From: Clostridiales bacterium
GTDB taxonomy: Bacteria; Bacillota; Clostridia; Christensenellales; UBA1242
Assembly (NCBI GenBank): GCA_015055515.1
Contig: SVIC01000003.1
Span: forward strand, 15,435 to 79,434
DNA length: 64,000 bases
Direction: 5' to 3'
A program made the position numbers and the translations under genes. Positions 34,401-40,605 of this stretch are shown one piece after another (positions within the stretch are counted from its first letter, which is position 1; every line of letters begins with the position of its first letter). A model generated the notes under the pieces. It was not told the DNA's origin and did no database searches. It saw nothing but the letters and a program-made list of their open reading frames with translations.

Positions 34401-37242
34401 AAACACAAGTTTAGGTAATGAGATAATCAACAAAGCATTATCAAGAATAAAAGAAATACTGATGTATATATCTAATACTTACACTGATATAGCTCTTGAC
34501 TTTGAATACAGTATTAATATATATGACAAGGTATATGGTAATTATGTTATATCTTACAAATGCCCAGGAAAGCAGTTAGAGTTGGATATAAACAAAGGCG
34601 ATTATTCATTCAATGTTACAATACCTAACAACGAAGTAGGAAGAGCTACCAAGATTGTAAGCTTTAAGGCACGATACTCCAATAGTTCTGCCCCTATACA
34701 GCGTGACAAAAATGGCAACGAGATTCCTGACACTTCTAATAACAAACTTCCATTAAATTCTACTACTTATACATTTAACTATGCAGATGGATCTCAAACT
34801 CAAGGATCTGCTATCATTATTGAGACTATAGACAATTTCGGCAGAAACAAAATATATTATATTACTAACAAAAATGATAGGTTATATTATACCGAAATGA
34901 ACACTATAAAACACTATAATGATACTTATACAGATGATGAGATCAAGATAGTATATAATAGTGATCTATATAACGCAGTAATCATAGAGCAAGTAGATGA
35001 ATCTAATCAACTAACTATTACAACAAGATTAAATGCAAATAATAGTTATCCTATAGCAAATAATGATTATTTGAGATACGATGTCACAGATCTACCTACT
35101 TGGACTAGAAAAGATGACAAAGGAAATATAATATATACAGTATCTAGCGACAAATTATTAAATGAGACTGGTTATATTACTCTAACAATTAAGCAAAACA
35201 TAGATAAAAAATCGAAATTTATTATTTTATTCTTGGACAAGAGCACAATAACAAGTGAAACAACCATAAATGAGTTATACAAAAGTTATGTATCTTTCGT
35301 TAGCAAGCCTGAAGGAATATTATATAACGATGATACGAAGGTAACAATGTATACTTATCTTCCAGAAATCAAATTAATTAATAATAGCAATAGAGTAATT
35401 ACTACTTCTAAAACTATAAAAGATCAAAAAGAACTACTACTATTCATAGAACAATTAAAATACAGATTAGAATATAGTCAAGAGATATTGTTTAATCCAA
35501 GAATATCTATTGCAAAGAACAATATTCAATATGCTGTCATTCCTGAAGAATTAAGTGAAAACGTAAGCCTTGGCAATGGTACATACAGGCTTGTAATATC
35601 TAATGACCTAGGATATTATAGTGAAATAAATTTCAAGATAGAAATCCAAGAAAATATAGCAGACTATGCATTATATATTAATAATAATTTGATGCAAAAA
35701 TCTACATATATTAATACAGATGACGGTAAAATAGTGTATCACTATTATACTACCCTATTGGATGCAACAACTAAGCCGAAGATTAATATAATAACAAATT
35801 CTAACAACAACATTGCTTGCACAAAAATAGAAGATGCTGTAGTAGAAAACAGCAATGATTTGTATGAAACATATAAGGTACACAAGAAAGATAATCCTGA
35901 TGTAATAATAGAATATTTCACTATATATTATTTAGAGAAAGACAAATACAACTTTGTCGATGATAACGGTGGACAAATTGTAAAGATTAATAATAAGAAA
36001 TCATTCAATACCGCACAAGATATAGCATCTGTAAGCAGTTCTAAGAATGACAACAAACTATATATAATCTTTGCCAATACCATAAACGGAAACAACGATC
36101 ATACACAAGGCAATACTATATCACTAACCTATTATTACAATAATGCTTCGACTAAGACAGAAGAAATAAAAATAAATAAGTTAAACAAGTTCATAGAAGA
36201 TGGCAAAACTTATTATTACTATGAAATATCTGAAACTGGTTTACATAAATTTGTAGTAAGTGACCTTGCTGGACAAAGATTAAAATCTGGCAACAGAGAT
36301 TACTTCAATATAACTTTGATTAATAGCATAATATATGAAATCAAAGTTGATGAAGATAAATATATTCAAAATCTACAAAATTACATAACTAACAACGAAG
36401 TTGTTATAAGATTGCTAGATCAAGTAGGCAACACTAACCTATATGATATTATATATGATCAAATAAGAATAACTAGAAATGGTGAATTGTTAACAGACAT
36501 AAAACAAACAACTAAAAATGTATATACTTTCACTACTCCTGGATCATATGAAATACAAGTAAGTGCTAGTGATTCAAGCAATCCTAAGCCTATAACTCAT
36601 TCTATATACTTTACTATAGTAAATCCGAACATAGCATACAGTTCGTATACAATATCATCTGCAAAAGGCTACACAATTAAATCGGTAACAAAGAGATTAA
36701 ATAACACAGAGAATTCCAAGCCTACACCTATAAACGCTTTCAACAATTCTAATTCGTTACTAATTAGTTGTGCCGAGCATGGTGCTGGATATTATACCAT
36801 AACGGTTACAAAATATCTAGAAAGCATTAAGTCTGAAAAAGAATTTTCATTCAATGTATGGCTAAATGATAGAACTGAATCTAGTATAATTATAGCATCT
36901 ATTCCATTCGGAACAGAGACAACAGATACTATTACTATACGATATAACGCATCAAATATATATAATAATATAGGTGAATCTTTCATTAAGATAAATGGAA
37001 ATATTATAGACACTATTACAAAAGATAGCACCTCTGAAACTTCTACCTATAATATAACTGAAAAAGGTGTATATTGGGTAACAATAGAATCTGCTAATGG
37101 TCAAGTTATAGCTAGCTATAAATTAACCAAGAATGAACCACTAAATGCAACTGCCCAGATAATAATAATTGTTGTTGTTGTAGCAGTAATTGCTCTAGTA
37201 GTTATATTCATAATCTTGAGAAAGAAGACTAAGTTCAGATAA
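25477..37242 (+). CDS. Giant (3,921 aa) N/Y/T/I/D-rich cell-surface protein with an N-terminal signal peptide and a C-terminal TM anchor; function unknown
   Basis: A single uninterrupted 11,766-nt ORF. The second ATG at 25489 has the better RBS (GGAG 6 nt upstream). The signal peptide is IIAISLSIILAFVLSHIIFSTKTLA/EN. The C-terminus is AQIIIIVVVVAVIALVVIFIIL-RKKTKFR. Recurrent beta-sandwich-like module ends are present (G-x-Y-x-I/V ... D-x-AGN). I recognised no enzyme, LPXTG, SLH or YD/RHS motif. Confidence 0.85.
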   Translation: MEKNMINTNIKKTTGKNIIAISLSIILAFVLSHIIFSTKTLAENSTYMPDFIVATTNIRETNNYQNNAVDIIYEENSAGSFVMWANEYYNLRDNTLSQVPNYKQVISVDGDTNVASISDYYTYDAGTGKFTGLLELPEANKWYRYDDNGKLSPIGARLSKDNLTSAISMEDSRVDSKDSDVRKIIIDGKDVYIQVGEENKIYSKDYYYGYNYKSFKSEYSYKPITPSDSAEISYTYISDLTTDPISTSEHKYTYISNIFEKHTDTSGKFAYYNNSWMKVELCNADGIITNTTDDTYVILEKDGQLPKIWVSGSTYYYKDTNGDKKQLESQPEFYTYSIQNGLYCISGTEYLLLENENIDRFDGTKLTLTGNVELELDQLYTRVYINEPYLKIGANTEKTVEFVKLDNTDPANINFISGSISINKHLFSISYDNANIINYNGVWQIIEYCRADGGKLSNTTEKTNYVILEKDNNNTSVWGELNSNKYYYKDGANTKERTTNATNNALPTLYGYKLNSGLYSHKDYEYIPLKDAVITNISYDENTLKEIKVTTNTGRELTINNLSDNLYTNNYYYEIYKAVYGEDKNTILDYELYNYELKASDNTKGNFDSYQSFISTYFAEDNLDELYFLGTDGAYHELFNTVYANSAKEVITSTTSDIVLDNYKVQRDLYNSDIATTDNQNVENIYLSFGDIYYPNINDNSKNAFNIIITELSVNMTLTNSYYNEIPVIINEPIRQENINLSNDVTKQNCFWFQYLDLQNLRTYSGSNLSDTRIIEHSAGEYQIEITYNTYNIETGISSTSQNFSYSLIVDETSNKDSYPIINNTEYVEKDNNYPIYTYNFQSMNKPEIMFDASEYSMQYSYNYDEYNTDYNSALNIFKRDTVTKDTLVTYATATGTENTEQNIKYYQEHSIFTWVESGYINNIEVNRTHSRTKILANATIIEKPTNGKIQIVGATNVDIDKVAILEYTYYIDSPSNAFVNDNYSSLQFDKKIVSIVGYSTAENTYYIWHYITDIEKSKDDSFVSYNKVINEYITKISKPVNYRSYDNMYKFYNLDKTPATDYAKLEKGFASRKYDYYFDYEQLDFDYIITDEFSNLGEYVFEMGYVTSTKYSPSKTPYNTYNLHNISKDVIAIEPNFDPKGLVNLQQGTLNGGYNISIFGVKSYFNKYMSATSTTVQTELMLESENIYSDMTATINSINNTNKIEQMPQAGTTINNAGTSIGKVPNTNQVPIYFEYLCSYAYTGNISNSRIYRYPSFVYNDDNTCTIKNTNNYITSYFDKNSRPEDDGYYEIIIEYSYKNNDTNYESDKQYQVFAFVIDNSSPEVAYDTLKETIDSKEYKYLDWQSMASNNITNSIVRANWNTPNYFQYDIIPTITKENYSGVSSIYGSSDSTSTINAISGTNEEVFIHINETEKISLTGNADIVKNNGVIQYTDKAGLIAEKYYITKYDNAHLTKVPVFKLIVDQNANLDTILEQSKKEYYQTRILNNTLYPSDMYNAKIVDIINTIIQSGTSISFEFIGYKWQFMIYPTSTHLDEINKIQSSGSIWGSGNYLLKLTYGSSATSNITSRFVIDTLPISNVVARSVMLYNSGNIISKGFNGNCNFASGSNNLINEPFTLIYDSKTSGADITTYYRKISFKSTTIDKDYDRLYLADTTVGVLTDIELTASEDARWKKYTYNYNYGEAGSTVPTGNEFNPDSTSLYVFYLEDRAGNKANYYVLYDNSTPKYSVELSEKDKTSNNFNLYNIITDNTTLFWGNYKAIEVSGSLDIGYIINRANHINYQPTAIEMALKDIVAKSTNNTYLGASYKTFRKDNNKWEEISNADYSSGDKCFILIPLSNTTFNYSQTNADDKTEKQFIFNMLTGKINQTILSPTALDLAIANGLVANNATDTEKEAARNLIKRSPQGTYGFYGEIQYDYVIEDILGNSDGGFLWMNNDLTVAMAWMTNAKTDKELSNNDDLGVFAATDLSSAYATSQVYFTYLTSIDSSIPTAEFDYKYYPFEDLSKTGFYNNYKIKNISYNSSKSCYEIIFVDEKDNQITHNYSALSTNNYNADGDAVNEPNSTYPFTISPTTASNNGWNKITATSNYNVAGDPNRKVSNLINDISDTSIKYSGAGLYVFRRVYVDYVDATQYSNGITIVNKAKAEELDKDSAVRYYVYYIDRNSIIDVTNMIGSDITLTYGNYIHAVTNDNENNLSIDNNYANVYGYDSISIDAVQQSSTSNSVQTYVSSDSTNKIYISLDMPMDKYNQPRAVAFAKETDFALSMTEADKANTESMLRKFYNLSENQNITEAQINEFINNFLGKYMFDNYNGFANGTYNKNFQLNVTLKNGNNAIMENNIITENNSIYFKQYSATTLQTSTVSSIDRQNFTNYLRNDITSIILNDPSGDGYNFAISDSSLFTRNNVIISEANSLNINNINIAPMKPTGSVIGKNPNTKYLTDTESENYVQNLFQNDQLKSMKYYVASADSIYPNSNNSTLIFLIDNDILTNLTATTNPYNIVINKFSENGTKSTIFTSSLTYEIVNGEVVPKFTANNANAFISNATIDNKATKWAIVVFDKTAKNEQYKNILSNADDNATYQITIQHYGKKEDYIDKDVKQNIAFSDTQEITIDHIKPIINQIKLMEQDKFISKNFAKIKSSIEAQNNNLVYNDIQSYYNDLISRISSGTITKIGAQKYLKNVYDIYLECYKNLMGKEDNFLKTFTDQFGEKVNYWNNYYFTVDDNFEFISGLPSLNNEDGNGMGLDCYNNIYFRKISDLTKYKYSITTDDFTSTTSSDITGHSIFYDNIAETYDSSNNPTIESDTTFYKISHTNNKNYKLFGESIKDPGYYEIIERDEAGNYSVYLVHYNNNGNEYKYTYSKLFNDKTEDEINLSSTKVNEILGTGLALSNANTDNVADMFRAEIAYTFTTIKEDGTVDRVYNNTSSPIYIYSTMMNNAVDIYYDRKNDNMIDIDSDLLQSITGIVALENTSLGNEIINKALSRIKEILMYISNTYTDIALDFEYSINIYDKVYGNYVISYKCPGKQLELDINKGDYSFNVTIPNNEVGRATKIVSFKARYSNSSAPIQRDKNGNEIPDTSNNKLPLNSTTYTFNYADGSQTQGSAIIIETIDNFGRNKIYYITNKNDRLYYTEMNTIKHYNDTYTDDEIKIVYNSDLYNAVIIEQVDESNQLTITTRLNANNSYPIANNDYLRYDVTDLPTWTRKDDKGNIIYTVSSDKLLNETGYITLTIKQNIDKKSKFIILFLDKSTITSETTINELYKSYVSFVSKPEGILYNDDTKVTMYTYLPEIKLINNSNRVITTSKTIKDQKELLLFIEQLKYRLEYSQEILFNPRISIAKNNIQYAVIPEELSENVSLGNGTYRLVISNDLGYYSEINFKIEIQENIADYALYINNNLMQKSTYINTDDGKIVYHYYTTLLDATTKPKINIITNSNNNIACTKIEDAVVENSNDLYETYKVHKKDNPDVIIEYFTIYYLEKDKYNFVDDNGGQIVKINNKKSFNTAQDIASVSSSKNDNKLYIIFANTINGNNDHTQGNTISLTYYYNNASTKTEEIKINKLNKFIEDGKTYYYYEISETGLHKFVVSDLAGQRLKSGNRDYFNITLINSIIYEIKVDEDKYIQNLQNYITNNEVVIRLLDQVGNTNLYDIIYDQIRITRNGELLTDIKQTTKNVYTFTTPGSYEIQVSASDSSNPKPITHSIYFTIVNPNIAYSSYTISSAKGYTIKSVTKRLNNTENSKPTPINAFNNSNSLLISCAEHGAGYYTITVTKYLESIKSEKEFSFNVWLNDRTESSIIIASIPFGTETTDTITIRYNASNIYNNIGESFIKINGNIIDTITKDSTSETSTYNITEKGVYWVTIESANGQVIASYKLTKNEPLNATAQIIIIVVVVAVIALVVIFIILRKKTKFR

Positions 37243-37249
37243 TAAAGAC

Positions 37250-37288
37250 AAAAAAAAAGTATCATTAATATTAATGATACTTTTTTTT
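37250..37288. terminator. Bidirectional terminator shared by the giant ORF and the convergent lipoprotein gene
   Basis: The sequence A9-GTATCATTAA-TA-TTAATGATAC-T8 has a perfect 10-bp palindromic stem (37259..37280) with an A-run on one side and a T-run on the other. The T-run overlaps the lipoprotein stop codon. Confidence 0.8.
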
Positions 37289-39314
37289 AAGTCCAAATAG
37301 ACAATGTTACCAAATCTATAATTTGTGGAGTTAAAATATTTGCCTTTGCAGGATCATATATGTCTAGCGAATCTTCACCGAAATACGCCAAATCAACCTG
37401 CAAGAAGTTATCACCACCATTGAATACGAATGTAAACTGCCCATTCTCATTGTAAGACACTGAATATAAAGATTTGTCACTAAAAGTACTAGCAATTGTG
37501 GCTGTAATCAATAAATCTTCTCCATCTGCAGAATGGAAGTAATCAGAACTTGGTGTATTATTATCATCAAATACCTTTACTCCGTTATAATCGCTGAATT
37601 TCGCCCCAGACATAGACTGACCAACTGAATAACTTGCTAAATCATTAGCGTTGCTATAAACATAATCCAAGTTAAGTGCATACTTGTCATAGAAAGACTC
37701 TGAACTTGTTCCCATATTCATACTTGCGGGTTCATTATCTACATATCCACTGTGCACAACCTCACCTTCTGCCTTGATAGTGAATGAAGGAAGTAAGATA
37801 AATGCATTTTCTTCTGCTTCTTTTGAAGCATTGAAGGACATATTTACCGACATAATATCAAATCTATAATCAATGTGTTGGGTATAATCTTCGCCCTTAT
37901 CCTCGTAATATTCTTCTAAGTCTTCCAGATAGTCTTTCTTAATAGACTCACTAAGTTTTGGCAAGAAAACAATCTGCTTTAATTTGATATCATCTAATAT
38001 AGGCGTATACTTATCACCATTCAATCCCGAAGAAGCAGTATCAAATCCAGACATACCGCCAGACTCTTCTTTGTCCTCTGTAAACAGCTCGCTACATCTC
38101 TTGATCTCGATATTAGTACGAGGCATAATTGTATATGTCATAATCTTACTATCATCTGCAAATGAATCAAAAGTAGTGTCTGTTGTATATATACCAGCGG
38201 TCGTAATATTTGCCATTCGCTCTACCAATATATCTACTACATAATTGTAACCCTTATAATAATGAATATTAGTGTTCTGAGGAAACATATCCACCTCATT
38301 AACAGCAGATATATCCACTGCTGAGAAAGGTACATTCTGTCTAATAGATTCGTCGTTTGCATACGCTCTACCTATTACAACATTCTTCACATAATTAGCT
38401 ATGTTTATTAAATCATTCTGTGAAAATCCTAAATATTCTATATTCTCTATACACTCTTCATACGGAATATCTGATACATTGCCTATGCTATATGACTGGC
38501 TACATACAACATTTGCAATCCCATCTCTGATGGCCTCTGAAGTTGTTTGCCCTTGAACATTCATATCCCACGCATAAGATGAATTCAAGTCATTAGTAAA
38601 TCTTCCCGTTGGGTTCTCACTATCTTCATCCTTCTCATAGTTATATCCACCAAGAATGGCTTGGTTGAAATAAAATTGTCCAGCATTAACCTCATCTATC
38701 CCTAACCCAGCAACTGCACTAAGAGAACTAGCTAATAAGTCTTTTGTATTCGTGTAATCATTAGTATTAAGTATATAACCACTAGATGCATTGCCTTCGC
38801 TAAGAATTGTAGCATTGTTAACCCCCAAGAGATCATACTTGCCCCACAATGATCCAAGTTCGCTATTTATAGATAACAGATTTACTACAGCTGTACTACT
38901 AGGTACCGCCGTATCATCACCATATATAACATTGAGAGCGTACAATAAATGTGATGTAAATGTCTCGAATTGTCTATGCAACAGATCCTTAAATGTCTTG
39001 CTTTCTTCAGTGGCACTATCATAAAAATATCCAGCATGCCCAGCATCATACATAATAAGTACACCACTAAAGAAATCATCTTCGCTAACAGATGTAGGCT
39101 CTATAGGACAAGTGGTACTACTGCTAGACCCACTACCCGAGCCTCCTGCATTGCCACCACTACCAGACCCACCAGAAGAAGAACCACCGCCCGAGCCCCC
39201 ACCAGACCCATTAGATGATGGCAAACAACCAGTGGCAGAAAAACAACAACTAATAATTAGTAGTAGAATTAATATAATATTAAGAATTTTCTTTATTTTG
39301 ATACTTTTTCCCAT
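37287..39314 (-). CDS. Lipoprotein (675 aa) with a Gly/Ser-rich tether; function unknown
   Basis: The signal peptide has lipobox-like LIISC / SATGC. A roughly 40-aa G/S linker follows (GSGGGSGGGSSSGGSGSGGNAGGSGSGSSSS), then a D/N/Y/S-rich globular part. No family recognised. Confidence 0.75.
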   Translation of the reverse strand: MGKSIKIKKILNIILILLLIISCCFSATGCLPSSNGSGGGSGGGSSSGGSGSGGNAGGSGSGSSSSTTCPIEPTSVSEDDFFSGVLIMYDAGHAGYFYDSATEESKTFKDLLHRQFETFTSHLLYALNVIYGDDTAVPSSTAVVNLLSINSELGSLWGKYDLLGVNNATILSEGNASSGYILNTNDYTNTKDLLASSLSAVAGLGIDEVNAGQFYFNQAILGGYNYEKDEDSENPTGRFTNDLNSSYAWDMNVQGQTTSEAIRDGIANVVCSQSYSIGNVSDIPYEECIENIEYLGFSQNDLINIANYVKNVVIGRAYANDESIRQNVPFSAVDISAVNEVDMFPQNTNIHYYKGYNYVVDILVERMANITTAGIYTTDTTFDSFADDSKIMTYTIMPRTNIEIKRCSELFTEDKEESGGMSGFDTASSGLNGDKYTPILDDIKLKQIVFLPKLSESIKKDYLEDLEEYYEDKGEDYTQHIDYRFDIMSVNMSFNASKEAEENAFILLPSFTIKAEGEVVHSGYVDNEPASMNMGTSSESFYDKYALNLDYVYSNANDLASYSVGQSMSGAKFSDYNGVKVFDDNNTPSSDYFHSADGEDLLITATIASTFSDKSLYSVSYNENGQFTFVFNGGDNFLQVDLAYFGEDSLDIYDPAKANILTPQIIDLVTLSIWT

Positions 39315-39416
39315 CTTTCTACACTCTTATCATTAGTGTACCACAAAGTAATAAAAAAAACTACTAAAATATTTCTATCACAAAAATGATAATATATACT
39401 TTAGCAGTCATGAAAA

Positions 39417-40037
39417 TTAAGTAGTTATATAGAAGCAAATAATAAGATTAAGGCTGAGACAATATAAAAATAGTAAAATTACATCCAATATGCCTAATAT
39501 TACTATTAATCTCTGATAATTAAATCCATCATAACAACCGTATTTGCGCACCACCATATTCTTCTTCCAGACAATTGCCAGTATCAGACTATATAAAAGC
39601 ACAATCAAAATGTTAAAAACGGGTATAATTATAATGGCAAATACAAATGCAAGAAAGTTAATAAAACTAATAAGTATGATAAAATTACAACCCCAAACAT
39701 AGCCAAAGAAAAATAATATTATTAAGTTAATAACATATAACACAATATTTCTATTAATAAACATAGAGTATAAAATAAGTAATAGATATACAATCAAATA
39801 ACTGATAAATAATGAAAGAAAGTTGCTATCTCTACATAGGAAAGAAAGCATAGCAGTGTCCGACATATTGTCAATACTAAGGTCTGGAATAAGTGGTGAA
39901 GTAATAACTATTCCTATCACCACTCCTAATATAAACACTGCAAATATTATCAACGTTTTGATACCATACATACGCCATAAGTTACTACAAATATCATTTA
40001 TCTGGTATTTTACTCTATAATAATTACTTCTAGCCAT
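39417..40037 (-). CDS. Hypothetical polytopic membrane protein (weak SpoIIM/DUF95-like topology)
   Basis: I placed the start at the ATG at 40037 (MARSNYY...), because the track's GTG at 40091 lies inside the dut terminator hairpin. The protein has about 5 TM helices. The SpoIIM resemblance is topology only. Confidence 0.55.
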   Translation of the reverse strand: MARSNYYRVKYQINDICSNLWRMYGIKTLIIFAVFILGVVIGIVITSPLIPDLSIDNMSDTAMLSFLCRDSNFLSLFISYLIVYLLLILYSMFINRNIVLYVINLIILFFFGYVWGCNFIILISFINFLAFVFAIIIIPVFNILIVLLYSLILAIVWKKNMVVRKYGCYDGFNYQRLIVILGILDVILLFLYCLSLNLIICFYITT

Positions 40038-40072
40038 ATTATATAATATGATTAGATCGGTATTTATTTGAC

Positions 40073-40113
40073 AAAAAAAACTAACAAACACTATATCAGT
40101 AAATTTGTTAGTT
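40073..40113 (-). terminator. Terminator downstream of dut
   Basis: The - strand has stem AACTAACAAA/TTTGTTAGTT (40079..40088 / 40104..40113) with a 15-nt loop, followed by a T-run (A-run 40073..40078 on the + strand). Confidence 0.5.
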
Positions 40114-40120
40114 CAAATAT

Positions 40121-40591
40121 TTATTTATTAACTTTGTTATCAGTAGAGCCAAAGCCACCGTCTCTAACAATGCCTTGACAATTATCAATATCTGTTGTTA
40201 GATATTTCAAGAATATTCCTTGACCAATCTTCTCTCCAATCTTAAATGTATAAGGCTCTGATCCTAAATTGGTTAATCTAAAACCAATATTACCATCGTT
40301 ATTAGTATTACTATAATAATCCTTGTCTATTATCCCTATTGCGTTAGATAGTATAATACCCCTCTTGCCCATACCAGAAGTAACAGCCAACATCAAGAAT
40401 TCGTCCTCTAACATATCTGCCTTAATATTTGTCCATACAATCTCTGACTTCATGCTAGGAATAGTAATCTCAATAGGCGAAAAGAAATCGTATCCTGCGG
40501 CAAACCTTGTTGCCCTAATTGGCATAATAATATCATCAGGCTTTACATCATACTTAATTGCGTCATCCCTAACTCTTTCGAACTTTCTCAT
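40121..40591 (-). CDS. dut: dUTP diphosphatase (trimeric dUTPase family)
   Basis: The 156-aa protein has AAGYDFFSP, IGIIDKDY and the C-terminal motif RDGGFGSTD. Confidence 0.88.
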   Translation of the reverse strand: MRKFERVRDDAIKYDVKPDDIIMPIRATRFAAGYDFFSPIEITIPSMKSEIVWTNIKADMLEDEFLMLAVTSGMGKRGIILSNAIGIIDKDYYSNTNNDGNIGFRLTNLGSEPYTFKIGEKIGQGIFLKYLTTDIDNCQGIVRDGGFGSTDNKVNK

Positions 40592-40605
40592 TTGTTAACC
40601 TCTTA

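Noticed and set aside
25477-37242. The giant ORF could be an RHS/YD-repeat toxin, an NRPS/PKS or a LPXTG-anchored adhesin.
   Set aside because: It is Tyr- and Asp-rich, but I found no YDxxGR(L/I) repeats. I also found no adenylation, condensation or ketosynthase motifs, and no LPXTG-like motif before the C-terminal hydrophobic helix. The class therefore remains unknown.
38970-39336. Two + strand ORFs (38970..39218 and 39112..39336) encode Pro/Thr/Arg/Glu-rich peptides.
   Set aside because: They are the antisense reading of the GC-rich Gly/Ser-linker codons of the lipoprotein gene. They have no RBS and no independent support.
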